Shown here piece after piece: positions 47,045-55,834 of a stretch of 64,000 nt of DNA (its first letter is position 1; each line of letters begins with the position of its first letter). The DNA is from Myxococcota bacterium (lineage in GTDB: Bacteria; Myxococcota_A; UBA9042; PHBI01; JAWLBL01). Under the pieces are notes generated by a model. The model saw only the letters and a program-made list of their open reading frames with translations, was not told where the DNA came from and did no database searches. The stretch spans positions 96,001 through 160,000 of the forward strand of contig JAWLBL010000004.1 of NCBI GenBank assembly GCA_041687695.1. Reading direction: 5' to 3'. The translations under genes were made by a program, and so were the position numbers.

Positions 47045-47924
47045 TCGACGCGCCCTGGCCGCCCTCGTGCTGTTGACCGCGGCGCCGGCCTGTCGCGAGA
47101 CCTCCGACACGGTGACCGCGGCCGACGAGCAGATGGCCGAGCTGGTCCCCGAGCACATGCGCCACCTGCCGACGACCGCCTCGGACGACGAGCGCTGGGC
47201 GCGCGCGCAGGCGGTCAGCGAGGCCCACGCCAAGGGCCTCGCGCCGCGGCCCGGCCGCGCCTTTCCCGAGGACAGCCCCGAGGCGCGGCTCCTGACGGCC
47301 ATCGAGCACCGCCTCGCCTGCCGCGACGACGCCTGCGCCAGCGAGGCGCTCGGGCGCATCCGCGCGGCCGCCGACCGCCTGCTCCCGGCGCTGTCGGCGC
47401 TGCTCGAGGAGCAGCCCGACGCCGTGCTCATCGAGGCCATCCGCCTGGCGGGCCTGTTCGCGCGCAAGGACACGGTCGCGGCCCTCGGGCAGCTCGCGAT
47501 CGGTGGCTCGCGCCCGGTTCGGGCCGAGGCGGTCTGGGCGCTCGGCGAGGTCCGTGACCCGGCCGGCGCGCGGCCGCTGGTCCGCGTGGCGCTCTCGCGG
47601 CCCGAGCCCGGCCTGCGGCCCCCCCTCTGCCGCGCCCTGGGGCGGATTGGCGCCGCCGAGGGCGTCCAGGGCCTCGCCGCGCTCATCGGCGACGCCGATC
47701 CCCTGCTGCGGCGGGACTGCGTCGACGCCCTGGGCGACATCGCCGCCCGCGAAGCGGTGGACCAGCTGAGCGTGCTGGCGATGGAGCACGGCGACGCGGC
47801 CACCCGCGAGGCGGCGGTCACCGCGCTGCGGCGCAACCGGGCGCCCGAGGCCGCGGCCGCGCTGAAGCGGCTGGCGCGGAGCGGGCCGGCCGACGTGCGG
47901 AAGCTGGCGGGTCGCCCGCGCTGA
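47025..47924 (+). CDS. HEAT-repeat lipoprotein
   Basis: Lipobox APAC. Repeats VRAEAVWALGE, CRALGRIG, CVDALGDI. Confidence 0.75.
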   Translation: MRRPRLDRRALAALVLLTAAPACRETSDTVTAADEQMAELVPEHMRHLPTTASDDERWARAQAVSEAHAKGLAPRPGRAFPEDSPEARLLTAIEHRLACRDDACASEALGRIRAAADRLLPALSALLEEQPDAVLIEAIRLAGLFARKDTVAALGQLAIGGSRPVRAEAVWALGEVRDPAGARPLVRVALSRPEPGLRPPLCRALGRIGAAEGVQGLAALIGDADPLLRRDCVDALGDIAAREAVDQLSVLAMEHGDAATREAAVTALRRNRAPEAAAALKRLARSGPADVRKLAGRPR

Positions 47925-48031
47925 ACGAGGTCGCAGGGCGCCGACGGCCGACGCCGGGTTGACACCACCCGGGCGGGCTGTCAGCGTCTTCGGCTCCCCT
48001 GTTCGATCGCCGTCTGCCCTCGAGGTGGCCC

Positions 48032-49645
48032 ATGCGAAGCGCGCGCGCCCTCGCTCTCGGTCTGGTCCTGGCGACCGGCCCCTTCGGCCTCTCGGCCTCG
48101 CCGCCGGTCCACGCGACCGAGGGGCCGGCCAGGCCCGCGCATCTGCCGCGGCCCGAGCCGCGCGGCCACCGCGACCTGCTGACGCAGCGGCCCGCCCAGC
48201 TGCCGCCGCACGTGCTGCAGCGCGCGCCGGCGCCCCAGGCCGCGCAGGGGGCCGGCCCCATCGTGCAGCGAGAGGTCTGGGGGTACCTGCCGTACTGGGA
48301 GATGGACTACACCTTCCCGCGCTGGGATCTCCTGACGGTCCTGGCCTGGTTCGCGGCGGACATCGACAGCGCCGGCAACATCGTCGACTACAACGGCTGG
48401 GGGGGCACGGCGACCCAGGACCTCGTCGACGAGGGCCACGCCAACGGCGTCAAGGTCATCGTCACGGTGACCAACTTCAGCAGCAGCTCCATCGGCACGC
48501 TCGTCAACAGCGCCAGCAACCGGGCCAAGGCCATCGAGTCGTGCCTGGCGCTGATGGCCACCCACGGCGCCGACGGCATCAACATCGACTTCGAGTTCGT
48601 CCCGTCGAGCGGCAAGGCCGGCTTCGTGACCTTCATGAAGGATCTGAAGCTGGCCGTGGCCGAGGCGCAGCCCAACGGGTGGGACGGCCACGTCAGCCTG
48701 GCCGGGCCCTCCATCGACTGGAACGGCGCGTACGACTACGACGAGCTGCTCATCCACACCGACGGCATCATGGTGATGGCGTACGGGTACCACTGGAAGG
48801 GCGGCACGCCGGGCCCGCTGTCGCCGCTGTTCACGGGCGACCTGTGGAAGAGCAAGTCCATCGCCTGGACCATCGACGACTACCTGACCTGGGGCGGCGT
48901 CGACAACCGCCACAAGGTCATCATCGGCCTGCCGTTCTACGGCAACGAGTGGCCCGTCGTCAGCGCGACCGTCCCGGCGACCAAGACCGCCGACGGGATC
49001 TCGATCTTCTTCAACAAGGCCATGCCCGAGGCGCTCGAGCAGGGGCGGCAGTGGGACGACGTCTCGAAGACGCCGTACTACCACGTCACGCGCAACGGCA
49101 AGTTGAAGCAGGTCTGGTACGACGACGAGGAGAGCCTGACCCACAAGGTGGCCTACGTCGACCAGATGGACATGGGCGGCATCGGGATCTGGGCGCTGGG
49201 CTACGACGCGCCCTTTCCGGACCTGTGGACGGCCATCGAGTCGGTGCTGGGCCCGGACGAGCCGCCGGTCGTCGCGGACGAGGGGCCGGGCGAGGACGAT
49301 CTGGGCCCGGTCGTGCCCGACGAGGGCGGCGGCGAGGCGGAGGTGGTCGAGCCCGGCCCGGTGGTCGAGCCCGGCCCGGTGGTCGAGGACGAGCCCGACG
49401 CGGGCGGCGGCGAGCCGGACGTGACGGCGCCCCCCGCCGACGCGACCTGGGCCGACGTCGCCGCGCCCGACGCCCCGGGCGACAGCAAGGCGCCGCAGGT
49501 GGGGCCCGTCGAGCGCTGGTCGCACGCGAACTTCGCTCAGAACGACGGCGGATGCGCGGGCGGCTCGGCCCGCGGCGGCCTGCTGTTCGGCGCGCTGGCG
49601 CTCGTGGCCTGGGGTTGGCGGCGGCGGGCCGCGCGCGGCGCCTGA
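48032..49645 (+). CDS. Glycoside hydrolase family 18 protein with MYXO-CTERM-type sorting tail
   Basis: DGINIDFE, VMAYGY, IGLPFYG, VWYDD, GIGIWALG. C-terminal GGC...hydrophobic helix...RRR. Confidence 0.9.
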   Translation: MRSARALALGLVLATGPFGLSASPPVHATEGPARPAHLPRPEPRGHRDLLTQRPAQLPPHVLQRAPAPQAAQGAGPIVQREVWGYLPYWEMDYTFPRWDLLTVLAWFAADIDSAGNIVDYNGWGGTATQDLVDEGHANGVKVIVTVTNFSSSSIGTLVNSASNRAKAIESCLALMATHGADGINIDFEFVPSSGKAGFVTFMKDLKLAVAEAQPNGWDGHVSLAGPSIDWNGAYDYDELLIHTDGIMVMAYGYHWKGGTPGPLSPLFTGDLWKSKSIAWTIDDYLTWGGVDNRHKVIIGLPFYGNEWPVVSATVPATKTADGISIFFNKAMPEALEQGRQWDDVSKTPYYHVTRNGKLKQVWYDDEESLTHKVAYVDQMDMGGIGIWALGYDAPFPDLWTAIESVLGPDEPPVVADEGPGEDDLGPVVPDEGGGEAEVVEPGPVVEPGPVVEDEPDAGGGEPDVTAPPADATWADVAAPDAPGDSKAPQVGPVERWSHANFAQNDGGCAGGSARGGLLFGALALVAWGWRRRAARGA

Positions 49646-49656
49646 CGCGACGTGCG

Positions 49657-49699
49657 AAAAGACCACGCCGGCCACCCCGCGGGGGGATGACCGGCGTGG
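49657..49699 (-). terminator. Intrinsic terminator between convergent genes
   Basis: CCACGCCGG/CCGGCGTGG stem with adjacent AAAA (U-tract on the minus strand). Confidence 0.6.
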
Positions 49700-49720
49700 G
49701 AGCGGCCGCCGCGGCGCCGG

Positions 49721-50860
49721 TCAGAACGTCGCGGAGACCACGACCTGCGGCTTGCCCTTGCCCTTGCCCTTGCCCTTGCCCTTGCCGCGCGGCTTGGCTT
49801 CCACGGGCGGCACGGGCATCGGCGCGACGACCACCGGGCGCGGCGCCGGCGGGCTGAAGACCGCGGCCGTGGTGCGGTCCGGGGCGATGCGGACGCGCTG
49901 GTGCAGGTCGCGGCGCGCCCGGCCGTCGGCGGTCAGCAGGAAGTCGCCGGCCGGCAGGTCGCGGAAGAGCGCGGTCTGACCGGGGCGCAGGCTGCCGAGC
50001 TTGCGGCCGTCCAGCTCGATCCGCATCCGCTGCGCCGTGGCGTTGGTCACGCGGAGGTCGCCGGTCGGCAGGTAGGCCGGGGCGAAGCGGCCCTTGCCGC
50101 CGGGCGCGAGGCGGACGGCGTCGGCGGCGAGCACGCGGCCCTTGGCGCGCAGCGAGACCTCGTGGCGGCCCGGGGTCTGCTGGGCGATGAGGAGGCTCTG
50201 ACCCGGGGCCACCGACGCGACGCGGCGGCCGTCGATCCAGACGTTGGCGCGGCGCGGGAAGGGGTTGGTCACGAGCAGCTCGGCGAGCCAGGGCGCCAGG
50301 CGGACCTGGGTCGCGCCGCCGGGGCGGACCGTGAAGGTCTCGCGCACGGGGGCCGCTTCGCGGGCGTGCGGGCCGGCGGGGAAGGCCACCAGGGTGTGCT
50401 CGCCCGCGAGCAGCTGATCGGTCTCGAGGCGCGCGCCGGGGCGGACCAGGCCGAGGTCGTGGCCGTCGAGGCGCACGCGCATGGGGACGCCGCTCTGGTT
50501 GTCGATGCGGGCGCGGCCGGTCATCGGCGCGACGCGGAGGGAGGCGCGGCCGCGCGGCGGGACCGCGACCGACTCGCTGACCGCCGGCAGGCCGGGGCTG
50601 GTGACCGTGACCAGCCGGACGCCGTTCGGGACGCCGCCCAGGGTGCGGGTGCCGCGCGGGCCGATGGCGCCGGCCGGCTCGCCGTCGATGCTCAGGTGGA
50701 TGGCCTGCGCCCGGTCGTTGACGACCTGCAGCTCGCCGTCGAGCGAGGCGCTGTGGCCATGACCGGCGAAGGCCAGGCCGGGGACCAGCAGGAGGGTCGC
50801 CGCCAGGGCGACCGAGAGCGCGCGCGTCGTCCGACGCATCTTCGAGGGGCGGGGCTGCAT
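49721..50860 (-). CDS. Secreted protein with four PEGA-like/Ig-like repeats
   Basis: Signal ending AFA-G. Repeats of LxVxN...xxxDGxxxGxxxPG...LxAGxH. (GK)n tail. Confidence 0.7.
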   Translation of the reverse strand: MQPRPSKMRRTTRALSVALAATLLLVPGLAFAGHGHSASLDGELQVVNDRAQAIHLSIDGEPAGAIGPRGTRTLGGVPNGVRLVTVTSPGLPAVSESVAVPPRGRASLRVAPMTGRARIDNQSGVPMRVRLDGHDLGLVRPGARLETDQLLAGEHTLVAFPAGPHAREAAPVRETFTVRPGGATQVRLAPWLAELLVTNPFPRRANVWIDGRRVASVAPGQSLLIAQQTPGRHEVSLRAKGRVLAADAVRLAPGGKGRFAPAYLPTGDLRVTNATAQRMRIELDGRKLGSLRPGQTALFRDLPAGDFLLTADGRARRDLHQRVRIAPDRTTAAVFSPPAPRPVVVAPMPVPPVEAKPRGKGKGKGKGKGKPQVVVSATF

Positions 50861-50963
50861 GGGGGACCTCCTTGGGGTCTCGAGGATACGTGTGTTGTGA
50901 CGCGGTATCGGTTCGGCTATTCAGTCGTCTTCATTGCGGATTTGTGTATGTGCGATGCGGCAG

Positions 50964-50997
50964 AAACGCCGAAGCCCCGCACGAGGCGGGGCTTCGG
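50964..50997 (-). terminator. Intrinsic terminator
   Basis: Perfect 12-bp stem CCGAAGCCCCGC/GCGGGGCTTCGG, followed by CGTTT on the minus strand. Confidence 0.65.
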
Positions 50998-51021
50998 GAG
51001 AGGGAGAGGGGAGGGTGAGGG

Positions 51022-51519
51022 TCAGCGGGTGGCGCTGCCCCGGGAGAGGCGGCCGCGCTTGCTGGGGATGGGCTCGAGGGGGTTGCGGATGCCGCCGGAG
51101 CGGTTCAGGGCCTGGCCCCGCACCTCGATGCGGGTGCCGTTCCCGTCGGCCTGGACGTTGGCCACGATGACCTCGCCGTCCTTCTCGAAGGAGAAGTTGT
51201 ACGAGCCGTCCGCGGCCATGCGGGCCCAGCCGACCACCTCGTAGCCGTTGTCGAGGCGGCGGGCCTCGACGAAGGCCTTGCGGAGCTCGGCGACGACCTT
51301 GGTGTCGGCCGTGCGGGCGAAGAGCACGAGGTCGCGGCGGCCGCGGTCGGTCAGGACGACGCGCTCGTTGGCGACGTCGATCTTCAGCCCGTCGATGGCG
51401 CCACGGATCTCGGTCTGGCGCGCGGGGATGTTCGGCGGCGCGGCGAGGGCGGAGCCGCCGACGGCCAGAGTCAGCGCGAAGACCAGCGAACGCAGGATGC
51501 GGCGAGTGCTCATGCTCAT
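51022..51519 (-). CDS. Hypothetical secreted protein
   Basis: GGAGGA RBS, signal peptide ending ALA-A, GC3-biased codons. Confidence 0.7.
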   Translation of the reverse strand: MSMSTRRILRSLVFALTLAVGGSALAAPPNIPARQTEIRGAIDGLKIDVANERVVLTDRGRRDLVLFARTADTKVVAELRKAFVEARRLDNGYEVVGWARMAADGSYNFSFEKDGEVIVANVQADGNGTRIEVRGQALNRSGGIRNPLEPIPSKRGRLSRGSATR

Positions 51520-51817
51520 GGGGGTATCCTCCGAAGGGGACGTCGTCACAGGGGCGGACCGTAGGCCCAGGGGGCCGGGGCGGTCCGGGCGGTTTGCCAG
51601 GGTCGCGCCAGGTGAGTGTCCCAACGCGGCGGGTCAGACGGGGCGGCGCGAGCGACATTCAATCGGCGACGCGACGTTGCGCCGCGGCTGGCCAACGTGC
51701 CAGAGATTCCAACCGGTTATCGCCTCCGGCTGCCTCCCGACCAGTTGACGAGAGCGCACGATAGGGGTAGGGCAGGAGGCGGACGGCTCGTCGCCCACAC
51801 CCTCCGGGAGGACCCTC

Positions 51818-53362
51818 ATGAGAGCGCTTTGGCACCTTCTCCCCGCGTCGGCCCTGGCTCTGGGCCTGGTCGGCTGCTTCGAGCAGGAGCAGGACACCTG
51901 CGAGTACTGGAGCGGCAAGCTCACGAGCGCCAGCCAGATCGACAAGGCGCTGTCCAAGGTGGACGAGCTGCAGTGCAAGGAGGCGGTGCCCACCCTCGAG
52001 AAGCTGTTCAACGAGGGGCAGTACCAGGAGCGCATCCTCCGCATCGTCAAGTCCATCGGTGACCAGAAGGCCGCGGCCCCGATCCTGAAGAAGGCGCTGA
52101 CGATCCGCGACACCAGCAAGCTCGCTGCGTCGATCGTCTCCGACTGGAAGCTGGCCGAGGCCAAGCCCGAGCTCGAGCAGATCCTGACGGGCACGGCGAT
52201 GCCGAAGTTCCGCGAAGAGGCGCTCAAGGCGCTCCTCACCTTCGAGAAGCCCGAGAACATCGAGGACCTGCTGATCCAGCTGGCGGGCGACGACCCGAAC
52301 ATGCAGGGCATCCTGGTCAACAAGCTCGCGGTCGAGAAGCTCAGCGAGATGAAGAGCGCCAAGGCCGTGCCCGTGCTGGTCAAGGCCGCCTTCATGCGCA
52401 CCGCGCGCGGCGAGAAGGTCTACCGCTTCGCCCGCGAGGGCCTGGCCGCCTCGGGCGGCGCGGCGACCGAGATGCTCATCAAGACGGTCCTGGGTGAGAA
52501 CGAGGAGCTCAAGGCGTACGCGCGCGAGAACGGCATCTACGACTGGGAGTGGAACGCCAGCCCCGAGATCGTGCAGCTGCTGACCGACACCATGGACCCG
52601 AAGGCGGCCCCGGCGCTGGTCAAGAACATGGCCGCCGACATCGTCGAGCCGACCGGCATCAGCCCGACGGCGCAGGACGCCTGGCGCCAGGCGCAGATCA
52701 ACCGCCTCAAGACCATCATGCTCGGCATGGGGCACATGCCGCCGGCCCCCGAGGTCATCGAGCCGCTGGTGGCGCTCATCAAGGACCCCAACGCCGACGC
52801 GCGCGCCCAGCGCCTGCAGGCCGCCTCGGTGCTGGCCTACATGGGCACGGCCGAGGCGCAGGACCGGCTGCTGACCGTCTACAAGGAAGAGACCGACAAC
52901 CGGTTCCGCGCGCCGCTGCTCTTCCCGCTCGTCGAGGCCATCGACGCCTCGCGCCTCGCCGCCTTCGACGAGCTGGTCAAGGAGCCGCACGCCCTGGTCA
53001 AGGAGACCCTGGACGACGAGCGCGTCAAGGGCTACCTGGCCGCGCTGCGCGAGTGCAAGGACGACACCAGCTGCTGGGTGAAGAAGCTCGACAGCGAGGA
53101 CAAGTGGCAGGTCATCAAGGCCGCCCTGATGCTCGCCCGCGGCCAGGGCGACGTCGCCGCCGTGCGCCAGGCCCTGCTCGACAAGTTCGGCAAGACCCCG
53201 CCGGGCGAGATCGACGTGCGGCGCTTCACGCTGATGGCGCTGACCCGCATCGGCGACGCGGCGACCGGCCAGCAGCTGCTCGAGCTGGGCAAGAACGCCA
53301 CCGACAAGTACTGGCCGGGCGAGCTGCAGGCCTACGGGGCGTACCTGGCCGCGCGCAAGTAG
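51818..53362 (+). CDS. HEAT-repeat lipoprotein
   Basis: GGAGGA RBS, lipobox LVGC, all-helical HEAT-like repeats. Confidence 0.75.
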   Translation: MRALWHLLPASALALGLVGCFEQEQDTCEYWSGKLTSASQIDKALSKVDELQCKEAVPTLEKLFNEGQYQERILRIVKSIGDQKAAAPILKKALTIRDTSKLAASIVSDWKLAEAKPELEQILTGTAMPKFREEALKALLTFEKPENIEDLLIQLAGDDPNMQGILVNKLAVEKLSEMKSAKAVPVLVKAAFMRTARGEKVYRFAREGLAASGGAATEMLIKTVLGENEELKAYARENGIYDWEWNASPEIVQLLTDTMDPKAAPALVKNMAADIVEPTGISPTAQDAWRQAQINRLKTIMLGMGHMPPAPEVIEPLVALIKDPNADARAQRLQAASVLAYMGTAEAQDRLLTVYKEETDNRFRAPLLFPLVEAIDASRLAAFDELVKEPHALVKETLDDERVKGYLAALRECKDDTSCWVKKLDSEDKWQVIKAALMLARGQGDVAAVRQALLDKFGKTPPGEIDVRRFTLMALTRIGDAATGQQLLELGKNATDKYWPGELQAYGAYLAARK

Positions 53363-53459
53363 GCGCCGGGTCGCGACGACACGAGGCGGCGTGCCATGCG
53401 GTGCGCCGCCTCTTTCGTTTCGAACCGGCGGGTCGGGGCCCCACGCGGGGGCCCGGGCC

Positions 53460-54026
53460 TCACTTACAGACGGTGACCTGGGTGCTGCGCGAGCAGGAGA
53501 AGTCGTCGCAGTCGGTGAAGCCGTTGCCGTCGTTGTCGATGCCGTCCGAGCAACGGACGTCGTTGCCTTCGCAGACGGTGACGCCCGGGGCCTTCGAGCA
53601 CGAGAAGTCGCCGCAGTCGATGTGGCCGTTCCAGTCGTTGTCGAGGCCGTCGGAGCAGGTCTCGTCGGTGTTCTCGGGGCCCTGGACCTCGGTGCGGCAG
53701 GCGGCCGTGGGGCGGCACGAGAAGTCGGCGCAGTCGGTGTAGCCGTTGCCGTCGTTGTCGAAGCCGTCGGCGCAGCGCTCGGCGGTGTCCTCGGGGCCCC
53801 GCTCGCGGCACAGGTAGGCGCCGGCGCAGTCGGGGTCCTCGCAGTCGGTGAGGCCGTCGCGGTCGTTGTCCTCGCCGTCGGTGCAGGCGGCCTCGTCGCC
53901 GGCGGCGCAGCCGGGGCACTCGGCCTCGAGGTGCAGCGGGACGGTGTAGATGCGCTCCTCGCAGGCCGCCTGGGGGGCGGAGAGCGCGAGGGCGAGGAGG
54001 GCGGCGTGGCGGAGGCGGCGGATCAT
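53460..54026 (-). CDS. Lipoprotein with four CxDGxDNDxxGxxDCxDxxC (putative Ca-binding) repeats
   Basis: Overlaps the pgsA stop (ATGA). Lipobox QAAC. Repeats directly visible. Confidence 0.8.
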   Translation of the reverse strand: MIRRLRHAALLALALSAPQAACEERIYTVPLHLEAECPGCAAGDEAACTDGEDNDRDGLTDCEDPDCAGAYLCRERGPEDTAERCADGFDNDGNGYTDCADFSCRPTAACRTEVQGPENTDETCSDGLDNDWNGHIDCGDFSCSKAPGVTVCEGNDVRCSDGIDNDGNGFTDCDDFSCSRSTQVTVCK

Positions 54027-54694
54027 GAGCGGCTCACGGGCGGAGGGACCTGGCCACCGAGCTTCTTGAGCGCCATGGCGTGCAGGAACCCGCGGAAGTA
54101 GCTGAAGGCGCTGGTGAGGCTGAAGACGAGAGAGACCAGGAGCAGGGCGTAGCCCATGGCCCCGAAGTCGACGACCTGGGCCGTGAAGCCGAAGTCGATG
54201 CGGTAGGGGTAGTGGAGGATGAGGCCGACGAGGCCGCACAGCTGCAGGGCGGTCTTCCACTTGCCGCCGCTGCTGACGGCGATGGTCAGGCCCTCCTGGC
54301 TGGCGATGGAGCGCAGGCCGGTGATGCTGATCTCGCGGGCGAGGACCAGCACGACGAACCAGCCGGGGATGTGGCCGAGCTCGGCCGCGACGACCAGGGT
54401 CGCCATGACGATCAGCTTGTCGGCCAGCGGATCGAGCAGCTGCCCGAGCACGCTGACGAGCCCGCGCTTTCTGGCGAGGTAGCCGTCGAGGAAGTCGGTG
54501 GCCGCCGCGACGCCGAAGAGCCAGGCCGCGAGGTACGCCGCGAGCGGCGTGTCGAGCAGCATCAGCACCATCACCGGGGGGATGAGCACGATCCGGCCGA
54601 GCGTCAGCAGGTTCGGGAGGTTGGTGACCTCCTCGCGGATCGAGCGTCGCAGCTCGGTGACGGGGGGCGGCAGCGGCGGGGTGGCGGACGACAT
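54023..54694 (-). CDS. pgsA: CDP-diacylglycerol--glycerol-3-phosphate 3-phosphatidyltransferase
   Basis: NLPNLLTLGR, TDFLDGYLAR...G..LDPLADK, REISITGLR, GKWKT. Confidence 0.93.
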   Translation of the reverse strand: MSSATPPLPPPVTELRRSIREEVTNLPNLLTLGRIVLIPPVMVLMLLDTPLAAYLAAWLFGVAAATDFLDGYLARKRGLVSVLGQLLDPLADKLIVMATLVVAAELGHIPGWFVVLVLAREISITGLRSIASQEGLTIAVSSGGKWKTALQLCGLVGLILHYPYRIDFGFTAQVVDFGAMGYALLLVSLVFSLTSAFSYFRGFLHAMALKKLGGQVPPPVSRS

Positions 54695-54820
54695 CGCGCG
54701 GGACCTTAGCCGAATCGACGGGGGCAAGTCACCTGCCGTGGCGGCCGCTGGGCTTCCCCGTCGGCCCGAGATGTGGCACGACTGCCCGGCACCCACCCCG
54801 GACCCCACGCGGAGGACACC

Positions 54821-55696
54821 ATGGCAGCGGACTGGCAGGCGAGCATGAAGGGCAAGGTCGCGCTCATCACGGGCGCGAGCCGCGGCATCGGCAAGGCGAT
54901 CGCGCTGAAGCTGGCGAGCGAGGGCGTCAAGGTGGTCGTGGCCGCCAAGACGGTCGACCCGCACCCGAAGCTGCCGGGCACGATCCACGACACGGTGCGC
55001 GAGTGCGAGGCGCTGGGCGTCGAGGCGCTGGCCGTGCAGATGGACGTGCGCGACGAGGCGCAGGTGGGCGCCGGCGTACAGGCCGCGGTCGACCGCTTCG
55101 GGCGGCTGGACATCGCCATCCACAACGCGGGCGCGCTGTGGTGGAAGCCCATCGTCGACACCCCGGTCAAGAAGTTCGATCTGGTCAACGAGGTGAACGC
55201 GCGCGCCGCCTACGCGCTGGCGCACTACGCCATCCCGCACATGAAGGCGGCGGGCGGCGGACACTTCGTGGTGATGAGCCCGCCGGTGTCGCTGGACGCG
55301 CTGGGCGGCAAGGTCGCCTACCTGATGAGCAAGTTCGGCATGACCATGGTGGCGCAGGGCGTCGCGGCCGAGCACGCGCGCGACAACATCGCGGGCAACG
55401 CGCTGTGGCCCGAGACGGCCATCGAGTCGGCGGCCACGGTCAACTTCGGCCTGGGCGGGCCGAGCATGTGGTACAAGGCCGAGCTCGTCGCCGACGCCAC
55501 CTGGGAGATCGTGCGGCGTCCGCCGACCGAGCGCACGGGCGAGGCGCTGCTGGTGCTCGAGGTGATGCGCGAGGCGGGCGTGACCGACTTCACGCCGTAC
55601 CGCTGCGACCCGAACAGCGAGCCGCCCATCCTGAACGTCACGCGCCTGCCGCGCGCGGGCGGCAAGGAGACGGCCGGCGGCAAGGTGACCCTCTGA
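54821..55696 (+). CDS. SDR oxidoreductase (HSDL2-like)
   Basis: ITGASRGIG, AAKT..PHPKLPGTI, YLMSK, NALWPETAI. Confidence 0.9.
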   Translation: MAADWQASMKGKVALITGASRGIGKAIALKLASEGVKVVVAAKTVDPHPKLPGTIHDTVRECEALGVEALAVQMDVRDEAQVGAGVQAAVDRFGRLDIAIHNAGALWWKPIVDTPVKKFDLVNEVNARAAYALAHYAIPHMKAAGGGHFVVMSPPVSLDALGGKVAYLMSKFGMTMVAQGVAAEHARDNIAGNALWPETAIESAATVNFGLGGPSMWYKAELVADATWEIVRRPPTERTGEALLVLEVMREAGVTDFTPYRCDPNSEPPILNVTRLPRAGGKETAGGKVTL

Positions 55697-55702
55697 CCGG
55701 CG

Positions 55703-55742
55703 GCGGGCGCGCCCTCGCGGGCCGAGGGCGCCCGCGGTTTTC
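55703..55742 (+). terminator. Intrinsic terminator
   Basis: GC-rich stem GCGGGCGC/GCCCTCG...CGAGGGCGCCCGC followed by TTTT. Confidence 0.55.
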
Positions 55743-55834
55743 GCTTCGAGCGGCCGGCGATGCTAGCTTGGCGCGTGGCGGACGGCCGGCCGGGTGGCGG
55801 GTCGTCGGCCGGGGATCGGCTGGGAGGGAACAGC